The notes under the pieces: model-generated
Seen by the model: only the letters and a program-made list of their open reading frames with translations
Told to the model about the DNA's origin: nothing
Databases searched by the model: none
Made by a program: the position numbers and the translations under genes
Shown here: positions 48,101 through 60,941 of the stretch, piece after piece
How positions within the stretch are numbered: position 1 is the first letter of the stretch
Layout: the number at the start of each line of letters is the position of its first letter
Assembly: GCF_963506605.1 (NCBI RefSeq)
Contig: NC_083288.1
Span: 43,462,001-43,526,000, forward strand
Direction of reading: 5' to 3'
DNA: 64,000 nt
DNA from: Zootoca vivipara
Taxonomy: Eukaryota

Positions 48101-51100
48101 GATATTTTCTGTGGTGGCTCTTGGTCTATGGAAATAGTTCCCCTTAGATGTTTATCTGGGTTTGTCACTTCAGAAATAGGATGAAAACCCTTCCGTTCCA
48201 CCTGGCTGCTGATATAAGCTGATTTATAGGTTGTAGGTTGTGTTTTACATAATATTGTTTTATTGAGATTATATTTGCATATTTGATTGTATTTTAAGCC
48301 ACCAAGAGAAGACATTGCCTGATAGAGCAGTATAAAAAGTTATAAAGAAATAAGGCATGACAACAAAATGTTGGCAGGGCCTAACATGTATTGCAGAAAA
48401 CAGATGTTTCCTGTCATTACTTTATGTGATATTTACAAGTCAAGCCTTCAGTTTGTAACATTCAATGAAATACAAATCCAGTTTTAATCCATTTGTAACA
48501 CTGAGTATAGAACTTTGAATCTTTCTGAGTTTGAATACAGAAGGAATGTGCCCCCTGTGTAAAGGGACCCCTGGCCATTAATCCAGTCGCGAACGACTCT
48601 GGGGTTACAGCGCCCATCTCGCTTTACTGGCCGAGGGAGCCGGCATTTGTCCGCAGACAGCTTCCGGGTCATGTAGCCAGCATGACTAAGCCGCTTCTGG
48701 CAAAACCAGAGCAGAGCATGGAAATTCCATTTACCTTCCCGCCGGAACAGTACCTATTTATCTATTTGCACTTTGATGTGCTTTTGAACTGCTATGTTGG
48801 CAGGAGCAGGGACTGAACAATGGGAGCTCACCCCGTCACGGGGATTCAAACCACCGACCTTCTGATCTGCAAGCCCTAGGCTCTGTGGTTTAACCCACAA
48901 CGCCAAAAGTGTCCCTTGCCCCCTGTGTACTATTGCTTAAAGCATGATAGATATCAGATGGAAGAAGAATTCTACAAACTATTTAATACTAAACTCTTCC
49001 CTTAACTTTATTCAATGTTAAATTTCCAATATCTTTGGAAAGGTACCACCCCTTTCAGAATGTAATAGCATCTGCCAGCCTGGTTATGGGAAGAAAAAGA
49101 AAGAAGGAGAGAAATTTTGCTGCTATGATTGTGCTCCATGTCCAGATGGGATGGTCTCAAACGAGAAGGGTAGGACCAGCTATTTCATGATAGACCAGAT
49201 TGCCCAAGTTACTGAAGTAAAATTTGAGAGACTGTTTTGCAAATTTGTTATAATTAACTTGGCACATTATTTAAAATTATGTTGTTGCACATTGTTCTCA
49301 GTGTTCATTTAGGTACAGTTTCTTCATGTTTGCTGTTAGTCATCTTCAGGAAAATATTGCGTTATATAATACAATATTTTAACACAAAAAATTCACAGTT
49401 AGCATAGTGTAATAATGGCTGAACCTGTGATTTAGAATCCATAAAAGGAGCTTCCATTGATGGTATATTTAATTCCTGGTATTTGAGAGAGAAGAGGAAG
49501 TTTGGATAAACCCTGAATCTCAATTCATCCCATAATGGAAAAGCTTCTAGCTGACGTATCAGACACATTGCAAAAATCAATTGCTTTGTGTATAAGAAAG
49601 TATCCTGAAAAACACTTATGATCCAGAGAAAGAAATGCATGCAGTGGAGACAGTCTTACTAGGATCAAATGTCAAAGAGGAAGGAGACCCTGAGAAGCAA
49701 TTATGATACTTAAGAAGTTTCCAGCAACTGAGGAGGAACTCGGATAAAGAAGACATAAAGCAGAGAAAGTTCAAGTTTTGCTAAAGTTGTTCAGGATGAT
49801 AAAAGGAGGCTTGCCCAAGACAAAATATCAAGTGCCACAGGAATGCTTGTACATTTTTTGGAACATTTCAATACACTAGAAAGTGGACTTATACTTGGAG
49901 GGTAAAGGTAAAGGGACCCCTGATCATTAAGTCCAGTTGCGGATGACTCTGGGGTTGCGGCACTCATCTCGCTTTACTGGCTGAGGGAGCCGGCATTTGT
50001 CCACAGCTTCTGGGTCATATGGAAAGCATGACTAAGCCGCTTCTGGCGAATCAGAGCAGTGCATGGAAATGCCTATTTATCTACTTGCACTTTTTGGCGT
50101 GCTTTCGAACTGCTAGGTTGGCTGGAGCAGGGACCGAACAATGGGAGCTCACCCCGTCACGGGGATTTGAACCTCCGACCTTTTGATCAGCAAGCCCTAG
50201 GCTCTGTGGTTTAGCCCACAGTGCCACCCACGTCCCTCCACTTGGAGGATAATGAATTGATATTTTTTTAAATCATTCAGCCCAAGCATGTGAGAGTAGA
50301 ATCACATGGGACACAGTGTTATGCAAAACATGGGCAAGATTCAATACATATTGACAAAGGAAGAGCACCCAGACAGAAGTTATGGTAGACCATGTTGCTT
50401 GTTGTGTCCTTCCTTTCAGCTTGTGATCTTCCTTGGAACAAGAATGAGAAGTTATGAAAGTCTAAGTGGAGATAAAGTGGGAATCTACTCTATATAAAAA
50501 TATATACTTATGCAGCACTGATCAGCCAAACTAGTACAACATGTAGGGATTAATATTTCAAACACAAACCAGTAATTACATAAGAATCACTATGAGCATC
50601 ACATAAAGATTTTATGTCATTAACAAGGGGGCCAGTAAAAATGCCGCTATTATTCAGGATTAAAAAAAATAAGGGATCAGGATTTTCTAGTATTAAAACC
50701 TACTGGGCAATAGTAATACTGAGAATTGACCCACTGAAATCAATTTATTTCTTAAAATTTATAAACCACTTCCTAGCGGAAAACCTCGAATTAGTTAACA
50801 AGTTACTTAAGTCTATTTATTTCAGTGGGACTGCTTTGAGTGTGATTTGGTGGGATGGCACTCATTATACAAACTGTAATTGCTGATTAATATATGGAAT
50901 GAAGAACATCTCGTATTTAAAAGCAGGCATCTAGTACAAACATGCTGCTTCTGTTAAAGATTCCAGACTATGTGCAGGATTTGTAGTAATCTTGGGCAGA
51001 AAGGTTTCAAAATTTGCATGATGAAATATATTTGGCGGACTGCTGCTGATACAGATTTTAATATTCGGAACTATTCTGGTTCAATATTTTGTTAACTTCT

Positions 51101-52008
51101 TTTCAGATGTAGAAAATTGTGCAAGTTGTGCAAAGGATCTATATCCAAACAAAGACCAGGATCTATGCATTCCTAAGATTCCAAACTTCTTAGCTTTTGA
51201 TGAAACGTTGGCCATTGTTTCAGCTACCTCTGCACTTTTATTGTCTCTGATCACAGCTCTAGTGTTGGGCATCTTCATTAAGCACAGGAATACAGCCATA
51301 GTCAAAGCCAACAACAGAAGCCTCACCTATATTCTCCTCACCTCCCTCCTCTTGTGTTTCCTCTGCTCTTTGTTGTTCATTGGAAAACCTAATAAGGTGA
51401 CCTGCCTTCTCCGACAAACTGCTTTTGGCATCATCTTCTCTGTGGCCCTCTCTAGCATCTTGGCCAAAACTATATCAGTGGTTTTGGCATTCATGGCTAC
51501 CAAGCCAGGATCCAGGATGAGGAACTGGGTGGGGAAAAGACTGGCTTATTCCATAGTCCTTTGCTGCTCTAAAACTCAAGTAGTGATATGTGCACTCTGG
51601 CTGACAATCTCTCCTCCATTCCCAGATTTTGACATGCACTCAGTGAGGGAAGGAATTATATTTCTGTGTAATGAAGGGTCAGTCCTCATGTTCTACTGTG
51701 TATTGGGCTATATGGGTTTCCTGGCCATTGTCAGCTTCACTGTGGCATTCTTAGCCAGAAAGTTGCCTGACAGTTTCAATGAAGCCAAGTTCATCACCTT
51801 CAGCATGCTGGTCTTCTGCAGTGTTTGGCTCTCTTTCATTCCAACTTACCTGAGCACCAGAGGGAAATACATGGTGGCTGTGGAGATCTTCTCCATCTTG
51901 GCTTCCAGTGCTGGATTACTGGCTTGCATCTTTTCCCCTAAATGCTACATTATTGTGATGAGGCCTGAGTTGAACAACAGAGAGCAGTTGATACGGAGAA
52001 AGATATAA
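41602..52008 (+). CDS. Vomeronasal type-2 receptor (gene 4), six exons, apparently intact, 877 aa
   Basis: Exons of 209+292+876+228+127+902 = 2634 nt, GT-AG introns, open frame. Confidence 0.93.
42112..42428. mobile_element. hAT-Charlie-type non-autonomous element or its right end
   Basis: Ends ...ggtctgaggggcagtggaccggccccctgctgaaaacgtttgctgacccctg, which recalls OposCharlie1-like termini. Left boundary and TSD are unclear. Confidence 0.6.
44543..44834 (+). CDS. V2R gene 4 exon 2
   Basis: 292 bp, [12 protein letters not shown]...KIPQ. Confidence 0.92.
45248..46123 (+). CDS. V2R gene 4 exon 3
   Basis: 876 bp, ISYGSFEP...EPWK. Confidence 0.92.
46499..46726 (+). CDS. V2R gene 4 exon 4
   Basis: 228 bp, [18 protein letters not shown]... 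Confidence 0.9.
46755..47175 (-). mobile_element. L2-type LINE 3' fragment with a 77-bp insertion at 46918-46994
   Basis: (TTA)n tail and match to 30385-30660. The insertion is flanked by TTCTAAAAG repeats. Confidence 0.75.
47342..47431. mobile_element. 90-bp MITE copy 4
   Basis: Same TIRs; 6-bp flanking duplication GGAGAC. Confidence 0.9.
48562..48916 (-). mobile_element. Sauria SINE
   Basis: Characteristic cttccgggtcatgt.gccagcatgact and acctatttatcta blocks; 13-bp TSD TGCCCCCTGTGTA. Confidence 0.88.
49043..49169 (+). CDS. V2R gene 4 exon 5
   Basis: 127 bp, [14 protein letters not shown]...CCYDCAPCP. Confidence 0.9.
49902..50239 (-). mobile_element. Sauria SINE, second copy
   Basis: (ACCTTT) tail in reverse; 9-bp TSD ACTTGGAGG. 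Confidence 0.88.
51107..52008 (+). CDS. V2R gene 4 exon 6 (7TM)
   Basis: Acceptor ttttcag|ATGTAGAA; open to TAA. Confidence 0.93.
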
Positions 52009-52071
52009 ATGACAGAAGTTTTTGTTGGGTCTTAGGCTACCTGGACTTGTTGACCATTAACAGTCTCACTG

Positions 52072-52784
52072 TTAATGGTGAAAAAAATCAAAAAAATAAA
52101 AAACATCAAAAAAACCAAGATCATGGCCACTGGTCCCATCACCTCCTGGCAAATAGAAGGGGAAGAAATGGAGGCAGTGAGAGATTTTACTTTCTTGGGC
52201 TCCTTGATCACTGCAGATGGTGACAGCAGTCACGAAATTAAAATACGCCTGCTTCTTGGGAGAAAAGCAATGACAAACCTAGACAGCATCTTAAAAAGCA
52301 GAGACATCACCTTGCCGACAAAGGTTCGTATAGTTAAAGCTATGGTTTTCCCAGTAGTGATGTATGGAAGTGAGAGGTGGACCATAAAGAAGGCTGATCG
52401 CCGAAGAATTGATGCTTTTGAATTATGGTGCTGGAGGAGACTCTTGAGAGTCCCATGGACTGCTAGAAGATCAAAGCTATCCATTCTTAAGGAAATCAGC
52501 CCTGAGTGCTCCCTGGAAGGACAGATCGTGAAGCTGAGGCTCCAATACTTTGGCCACCTCATGAGAAGAGAAGAATCCTTGGAAAAGACCCTGATGTTGG
52601 GAAAGATTGAGGGCACTAGGAGAAGGGGACGACAGAGGACAAGATGGTTGGACAGTGTTCTCGAAGCTACGAACATGAGTTTGACCAAACTGCGGGAGGC
52701 AGTGCAAGACAGGAGTGCCTGGCGTGCTATGGTCCGTGGGGTCACGAAGAGTCGGACACGACTAAACGACTAAACAACAACAAC
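52072..52784 (+). mobile_element. BovB (RTE) LINE, 5'-truncated, 64 bp after the gene 4 stop codon
   Basis: Near-identical to 30739-31541; (CAA)n tail; 13-bp TSD AACAGTCTCACTG. Confidence 0.95.
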
Positions 52785-53731
52785 AACAGTCTCACTGCAC
52801 CTTTCCTCGTCAGGAAGTTGAAAAAAATATATATATATATAATAGAAGGAATCATCTTATCATTTATGTTCTTGTTATTTCACATAGGAACATATTTCTT
52901 TTATATGAATTGGGACTATGTGAAGGAATGAAACTATGGATAAGATCCAACATCACTTTCAATAAGTTGAAGCAGATCAGTCTAGGCACAGGAAAATTTC
53001 TGGAGAGCTTCAAAATAATCTACACATAGGGTGAACTAGTACCTCCACACTTCTTGAATCTCACACCTGGGTAGACACAGGATGAATTAAATGACTGGTT
53101 TTGCTTTAGGGAGTGCTCCAGGCACAGAAGGCTTTAAGATCTGAAGTAACTCTGAAAGATAAAAGTCACACAAAGCATGAGACCTTTCTCTACATACCAC
53201 AGCTTTCTTTATGCCAGGAATAGCATTTCTAATACGCTCCAGAAATTGTTGGACTAGAACTCCCATCAGCCTACCACTGACCATTATTATCAAGGATGGG
53301 GGTATCCATAGTGCAACAATATCCAGAGGGAACCCTATTAGACGTTACTGATTTACACTAGTCGGACAAGCCTTTCAGTCTACTGAATTATATTTCTTAT
53401 CTGAGTGGAACACTGGTGGCAGGGAGCATCTCAACCATGTCAGATTGCCTCAGATCAGATGTGTTGTTTCTAAAGTGGTTAGACACTATGAACCAGTGTC
53501 CCTACCTCCTGGTAACATTAGAACTTTCTCCAGTATTTGTTTCCAGTATGCAGTTAGTGTGATAGCAAACAATGTCCAATACATCTTACATAGGTGGAAG
53601 AGTGTACCAGCCCCCAGTTGTAACAAATTGGGCAAGCGGGGAAAGGATGGGGTGGGTTCAACACTAAAAATATTCTTAGGAAGGGATTTTTAGGAAGTGG
53701 ATTGATTCCTGCCTATCAGTGGGTTTTATTA

Positions 53732-53973
53732 CAGTGGTACCTTGGGTTAAGAAATTAATTCGTTCTGGAGGTCAGTTCTTGACCTGAAACTGTTCTTAAC
53801 CTGAGGTACCACTTTAGCTAATGGGGCCTCCCACTGCTGCCGCGCTTCTGCCGCACGGTTTCTGTTCTCATCCTGAAGCAAAGTTCTTAACCCGAGGTAC
53901 TATTTCTCGGTTGGCGGAGTCTGTAACCTGAAGCGTCTGTAACCTGAAGCGTCTGTAACCCAAGGTACCACTG
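53732..53973. mobile_element. Tigger-like MITE
   Basis: TA|CAGTGGTACCTTGGGTTA...TAACCCAAGGTACCACTG|TA. Confidence 0.9.
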
Positions 53974-54103
53974 TATTGTGGGTGTCAAGGATTGGCATGG
54001 AGTGGACTAAATGGTAGGTCCAATCCTAATCTTTGATTCTGTGATGTGACAAATACGATTGTCATCCCCTACTGCAGATGTGCCATAGACTCCAAAAGCA
54101 CTG

Positions 54104-54151
54104 CACAAGTGATTTTCTTCCCTGTAATTATTAAAATCACCACAATCAATT
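54104..54151 (+). promoter_or_regulatory. Conserved V2R upstream motif (gene 5)
   Basis: CACAAGTGATTTTCTTCCCTGTAATTATTAAAATCACCACAATCAATT. Confidence 0.6.
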
Positions 54152-54513
54152 CTGGCTGAAACTCCAGAAGTCAGAGTGGAAAAAAGAATCAACAAGCAAG
54201 TCTAACATGATTATATATTATTCAGTTCTCCATATACAGCTGCGGTAATGGGGTGGGGAGAGAGGCTGGGCTCTGTTGCTTGTCAGTTATCAGCTTCCCT
54301 CTTTCAATCTACAAATCTTGAATCAAATTATGTATTTGAGGCACCTATTTTATTTGGCATCCATGGCATTATATTGTGACAGAGTTTGAGTTAACAATAA
54401 GTTGGGTACATGTCGGTTTAAGTACCAAATTGACAGCGTCAACTGCCCCCAAATCTATCTTGTTCGAAGGAGGTGGACGATAGTAATAATTGTAGAGGGA
54501 AATAGAGAAGCCC

Positions 54514-54725
54514 ATGTATAGAATACTGTGGCTCCTGCTGCTTCCCAATCTGGTGTCTCAAGTCCAAAGTGTTAAATGCACAACAAACCAATCTGTTCAT
54601 GTTCCACACGAGTGGCATGAGCCAGGTGACCTGGTCATAGGTGCAATGGCATCTCATATCTATTACACAATCGCCAAGTTATCCTTCAAGCAACACCCTT
54701 TTCAAACCTTAATTGGCAGCCCAAT
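54514..54725 (+). CDS. V2R gene 5 exon 1
   Basis: [22 protein letters not shown]...HEWHEPGDLVIG, GTAAGT donor. Confidence 0.85.
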
Positions 54726-57700
54726 GTAAGTAATTGGTACTTAATGTTATTTTATTTATTGTTTATACATTATATCTGACTGAAGAAAACTTTGATTGAT
54801 TTGGCAGGGAAATAGCATTAGAACTTTAGTTTTTAAATGAATTGGGAAAAAAATTATTAGGAATCTCCATGTACATTTGCTATGCACATATGGTCTGTTA
54901 ACATTAAGTGCTTTTTTAATCCAATGCTGTAAAGACAGAGTGAAAAGAGAGTAGGAGAAAGGGAAAGGGAATAGAATTTTTTTTTAAAAAAGATAGCCCT
55001 TCTACATACAGCCAAGAAGTGAGGTACTCAGTTTTGCTTATGATACCAAAATGTTCAGGACAGAAAGAACAAGCAAGGATTGTAAAGAGCTCCAAAATGA
55101 TCTCTTCAAACTGGGTGCATGGGCATTGCAATGGCAAACCCAATTCACTGTAAGCGAGTGTAAAGTGATGGATCTAAAATAGTAATTTCACTTCTATGCT
55201 CATGGGGTCTCAACTGGTTGTAAGAAATCATCAATGAGATGGTGTGGTCCAATAGATAGTTTTATGAAGATGTCAAGGAAGTGTGCAGCAGCTGTAGAGA
55301 ACACTGATATATATTTTTAAGAAACAGCAGTGTCTGAATATTGTCTTAAAAAAACCAAATAAACCTTGCTGGCTGTGCTGTCTCATTGTTGGCAGATTAA
55401 TCTCTCATATATAGGTTATGTACACTGTTTAATTTTTACCGTGAAATGGTAACTCACTTCATTTGCAGGGTGACGACCAAGTTTTACCAGCACATGCTGG
55501 CCTTGGTATTTGCTGTTGATGAGATCAATCAGAATCCCAGGATATTGCCCAATGTCTCTCTTGGGTTCCACATCTATGATAGCTATTTGGATTCAAGAAT
55601 GACATACCGAACTACTTTGGACCTGCTCTTTAAATCACATCACTCTCTTCCCAACTACAACTGTGTTATCCAGAATAATGTAATAGGAGTCATTGGGGGA
55701 CTTGGCTCTGATACTACCTGGTGCATGGCAAATGTGCTAGGCCTTTACAAGATTCCACAGGTAGATTATGGGTTTTGGAAAATGGAGATTTTGTACCATA
55801 ATTCACTGTTTCCTTGCAGTAGGAATCTACTAATTCATAAATATGGAGTGTTAAATTGGAAGAAGGAAAAGGGGCTGTAATATGTGGATGCATTTGGGAT
55901 GGGAGCAGCATAGTATGCATATCCAACAATGTGTGTAAGAAGGGTGATGTGTATTTAATAGATTTAATGGAAGATTGTTGCAAAGGTGCCAGGTTTGTAA
56001 ATGAGGCACCTAGATGGGTCCATATTACCTCAATCCTGAAAGGAGTGCACTTGCCTACCTGTGAGCTACCAATCTCAATTTATGGCATTGATGTACAAAG
56101 GCATAAATAACTCGGGACATATTAACTAAGAATGTTCCTATGAAAGTCCCTTCCTGGGGAAGTATGATGTTATTCAGCACTGTTCACTTTCAGAGGCTAA
56201 TTACAAACACTGTTTTCTTGTTCTTGTTCTTGCATTTGGCATTTCAGAGAGAGAGAGATAGGGGTGCCAGTATTATGCTGTTGCTGCATTGCTGGATTTC
56301 ATTACAGTTGTTTTGAGTTTTGCTGAAAATGGTTGGTATGGTATTTTTGTATTTTAGTTGTATTTTATATGACGTGGTTTATTGTGGCCAGAGAACAATA
56401 ACATATATAATCTTATGGGTATCTTCAGGATTTCCGAATACAGTGGTACCTCAGGTTACAGACGCTTCAGGTTACAGACTCTGCTAGCCTGGAAATAGTA
56501 CCTGGGGTTAAGAACTTTGCTTCAGGATGAGAACAGAAATTGTGCGGCAGCAGTGGAAGGCCCCATTAGCTAAAGTGGTATCTCACGTTAAGAACAGTTT
56601 CAGGTTAAGAACGGACCTCCAGAACGAATTAAGTTCTTAACCAGAGGTACCACTGTAGATCTTCCTGGATGAGCTCTTAGTAGATGGAGTATCAGCCTCT
56701 CTCTACAGTCACTATAAAGGTTACAGAGCAAAAGAACATGATCAACAGTTTCTGTTGCTCCACCTCCACCTTGGAATTTGGCTCAATCCACATAGCAGTA
56801 CATTTAATTGAACAATGATGAATGCTGTTCTCTATCAATGTGTACAAGCATGAAGCTGTAGTGATGCCATAACAATATTAACAATACTAAATATCTACAG
56901 AAAGAATTGAGCCAGGTTCTCTGTGGCCTTTATATATAAATTGAGGTTGCTGCTCTCCCTAAATTAAGCACATTTCGGGTATATAGGATTTCTATTTATA
57001 TTCAAAGAAATTGGAATAGCACGAGTTCTTGTTTCCATTTGGAAAGTGTTGGCTTTTCTCTTTTTCAGATTTCAAATGGCTCATTTGAACCACCCACAAA
57101 TGATCAAACCAAGTTCCCTTCCTTTTACCGCATGGTCCCCAATGAAGGCCTTCAGTATCAGGGAATTATCCAGTTACTTCTGCATTTCAGGTGGAAATGG
57201 GTTGGGCTCATCACTCCAGCTAATGATGCTGGAGAGTGCTTCTTACAGACCATTGAACCAATGCTTTTCAAGAATGGAATCTGTTCAGAATTCACAGAGC
57301 GAGTTGAACCAAATATGCGTTATTCTGATAACATGGTAGAAATGATGGGTGAAAAAAGGGTTCTGTTACCAAATTTCATGAAGAGCAAAGCCAACGCAGT
57401 TCTTATATATGGAGACAGTCTATCTATTATATGGTTGTCAAGTGCTATAAAGGCAATGGAGGTAACTCAGCTACTATTTTCTCCTAAGAAGTCACGTGTA
57501 GGAAAAGTATGGATTACAACAGCCCAAATTGATTTCATATTATATGTCCTTCAAAAATATGTTGGCATTAATACACAAATGTTCCATGGTGCTATCTCCT
57601 TTGCGATTCACTCCAAGGAGATTCACGGCTTTCAAGACTTTCTTCAGGAGATACATCCTCATTGGACAGACACAGATGGTTTTATCAAAGATTTCTGGGA

Positions 57701-60546
57701 ACATGCATTCGATTGCTTATTTTCAAACGCCAGTGTCTTAAAAGAAATACATGTTGCATGTAGTGGAGAGGAAATGCTGGAGAGCCTTCCTGCACCAGTT
57801 TTTGAAATGAGCATGACTGGTCACAGCTACAGTATCTATAATGCTGTCTATGCTTTGGCACATACCTTGAATAGCGTGCACTTGGCTGGAGCTGTCCGCA
57901 AAGAAAGAGATGCTGGGGGGAGACTTGCCCTGCAATATGTAGAACCTTGGCAGGTAGGGTTTCCTGTTACAAAGTGTTCATTTTGCAAATTGTCTAGTGT
58001 TGTGTGCTGTGCTGATTTGTTATGTGAGCTAGTGTTTAATTATAAGTAAAGAAATAAAAAAATAAAGCTAAAAATAAACCTTAAGGAATGTTATTGTCAC
58101 AAATGTGGGAAGTAGGATATTTTTAAAAATACATATACCGAATGGAAAAAATTGACAAGTGGGATGCCACAGGATACTGTCCTGGGCCTGTTGTTGTTCA
58201 ACATCTTTATAAATGACTTGGACAAAGGAGGATGCTCATCAAATTTGCAGATGACACCTATCTGGGAGGGTAGCTAATGCTACAGAAGACACAATCAAGA
58301 GTAAATGTGCTCTTAACAGATTGAAGAACTGGGCCCAAACTAACAAAATGAGTTTCAACAGGGGCAAATATAAGGTTATGCACTTTGGCAGGAAGAACCA
58401 GCTGCACAAATATAAGATGGGGGACACCTGTACATGTGAAAAGGATCTAGGAATATTATGGACCACAAGGATAACATGAATCAACTGTGTGGTGCAGCAA
58501 AAAAAAAAAAAACCTGACGCTATTCTAGGCTACATCAGCAGGTGTATAGGGAAGAAATGGTACCACTCTATTCTGTCTTGGTCAAACCACACCTGGAGTA
58601 CTGTGTCCAGTTCAAATAAACACATTTCCAGTTCATGTCTTCCAGCCACAAGTTCAGCACCTTCTCTGCCTTCACCAAAGCCTTGTCCTGCACCTTGCTG
58701 TCATCTTTGCAGTCAGTGCTGGACTTGCTGACACACAGCCCCATGGATCTCCTTCTCATGCACCTTGATGGCATGGATACTGGATTTGCTGTGGCCAAAT
58801 TTGCATACCCCCAGCACACACAGACATGCCGTCCCACAAGCAGTCAAGTGCAGCTAACATCTCTTCCAGTGTAGGAACCACCTTCCGCTTCTTTGGTTTC
58901 TCAGCAGCTAATGGTGATGACAATGATGGCTTGTGTTTGGGGACTATTCTGCAGTCTGAAGTTCTGCCAAGCACCTTCTCCATATTACAAACCCCTCAGT
59001 TGTCTCTCCAACTCCTTAGCAAGTCTCTCCTCCAATTGCCCTCACCAACTCCCTCTTGCACACTCTATACTCCTCTGTTGCCACTACACACACACACACA
59101 GACACTCAGGCCTTTCTAGCCTCTGCATATCACCCTCTTGAATTGCATCTTCAGCACTCCAACCTCCTCCATTGTCTCCAAACCCCTACGGAAGTCTCTC
59201 TGACTTCCTCCGATGACTCCCCAACCACCTCTTCTGCACCCAAACACCATTAGGAAAGCTGCTAAGGACTGCTGGCCATTTTTTCCTGCTCTCTGACTCA
59301 CTCACTCACTCCCCGCTTCATTCCATTTTCTTATTTTTTTCCCATGTGCACACCATTTTAAAACAAATATTTTTTGCCAGACACATGAAGCTGCAAGTGT
59401 GTATGTTAAATAAGTGTAAGTGGGAGTTAACAGGTATTAATTCTTAAAGTACAGGTAAGTAACAGCAGCTATCCAAAGAGTTAGAGTTACCTACGACTGT
59501 CCCAAAAATTCAACTGCCAGAAGTTAGACCATTTTTTTTTTTTGGAGGGCGGTGTGCATGGCGCTATCAGAAATCCTAACCATATTTGAGTGGGGGGTGT
59601 GTGTAGAATTTTTTAAAGAAATGTGTATGCCTACTAATTTCCCCACTTGGTTTATGTCGCGGTCACTCTGACCTGCACATCACCCCCGGACGTTTGACGG
59701 TCTATTGGTGATGTGCCTACGACAAACAAATACGTTCAGTCACTCACACACCTCAGACCAGGATATCTTAAAATAAAACAAGATAGTTTATTTGAATGTT
59801 CTTATGCGTATTGGTTACTGTACAAAGCTTAAACGGTTTCAAATAACAGATGGTTCCTATACCGGCCTAATACCTCTAAATCTGAATTACCGGCCTATTA
59901 CCTCTAAATATAACTACTAATATTTATCACTAATCTCATCACACTCTATCCTGTCTGTCTATCTCCCTGTTTAACAACCACCTCAATAGTAACCAGTTCT
60001 TATCTTCACACCAACTCTAACCTGACTGACTTCAACCAACAACTCCCTTCAACAACCACTGACTCCAGGGTTGGGGTTTTTATATTCCCCCAGAGCCCTC
60101 CCCCTTGGGTTCTTAGGGTTCTAACAGGGTTAACCCTCTACAGCCTGGCTAATTTTTAAACTGATCGCCACAGTTTCTCTTAACAGCATGAATTTGTCAA
60201 GTGAAGTGCTTGTCAAACTGTCTCAAATTATACCCTTGCAACATTCTGTAGTTTGTCAGTGCCTGTTGGAGTGTTCATGGAAATGCTTTATAGACCTTCC
60301 AATTCTCTTTCCACCTAGCTCCACTCATTCCTGCAGAGAATCTCATTCAACAACAGTGCTGGGGATGAAATCACATTAAATGAACACGGAGAATTAACAG
60401 CTGGCTTCGATATTACAAATTTGGTCACTTTCCGAAATGGATCATATGTCAGGGTCAAAGTGGGGAGGTTGGATCCTCAGGCCCCTCCTGGCAAAGAGCT
60501 CACCATTAATGCGGACAGAATCAAATGGCACAGGCGCTTCACTAAG
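54514..60546 (+). CDS. Vomeronasal type-2 receptor (gene 5), exons 1-4; exons 5-6 presumably beyond the window
   Basis: Exons of 212+292+885+228 nt, GT-AG introns, open frame. Confidence 0.88.
55070..55300 (+). mobile_element. Degraded CR1 RT fragment
   Basis: gagctccaaaatgatctcttcaaactgggtgcatgggca...tggcaa...ttcactgtaagcgagtgtaaagtgatg resembles the CR1 ORF2 LQ.DL..L..WA..WQM.FN..KCKVM region. Confidence 0.6.
55469..55760 (+). CDS. V2R gene 5 exon 2
   Basis: 292 bp, VTTKFYQHMLAL...KIPQ. Confidence 0.92.
56441..56655. mobile_element. Tigger-like MITE (inverse of 53732-53973)
   Basis: TA|CAGTGGTACCTC...GAGGTACCACTG|TA. Confidence 0.9.
57069..57953 (+). CDS. V2R gene 5 exon 3
   Basis: 885 bp, ISNGSFEP...EPWQ. 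Confidence 0.92.
58155..58613 (+). mobile_element. CR1 LINE RT fragment, degraded
   Basis: GMPQDTVLGLLLFNIFINDL, KFADDT and HLEYCVQF remnants. Confidence 0.85.
58614..58900 (-). mobile_element. Tigger/pogo transposase N-terminal fragment
   Basis: PKKRKVVPTLEEMLAALDCL and VQDKALVKAEKVLNLWLEDMN resemble the psq and CENP-B HTH regions of Tigger transposases. Confidence 0.7.
59655..60172 (-). mobile_element. Probable solo LTR (518 bp)
   Basis: TGTCGCGGTCA...TGATCGCCACA imperfect inverted termini; flanks GTTTA/GTTTC. TATAAAA then AATAAA in the expected order on the minus strand. Confidence 0.72.
60319..60546 (+). CDS. V2R gene 5 exon 4
   Basis: 228 bp, [18 protein letters not shown]..., open. 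Confidence 0.9.
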
Positions 60547-60700
60547 GTATGGAAATAAATGCACAGTGGCTGAAATGCCATAATAAGTGGTAACCCACAA
60601 AATGGGTAGCAACAAAAGCACTTCACACGTTATTAACTTTGATATTCACTATTAAAATATAGGCATAAAAAAGAGGATTCCCTATCTAGATGGATAGTAC

Positions 60701-60941
60701 TTGGTTGGATGGATGGTTGTATGGTTGGTTGTATGGTTGTATGGTTGGATGGATGGTTGGTTGTATGGTTGTATGGTTGTATGGATGGTTGTATGGTTGG
60801 ATGGTTGGATGGATGGTTGGATGGTGGGATGGTTGGATGGTGGGATGGTGGGATGGTGGAATGGTGGGATGGTGGGATGGTGGGATGGTTGGGATGGTGG
60901 GATGGTTGGATGGCTGGGTGGCTGGATGGCTGGATGGTTGG
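60701..60941. repeat. Compound (GGAT/GGTT/GTAT/GGTG) simple repeat
   Basis: Direct reading. Confidence 0.95.
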
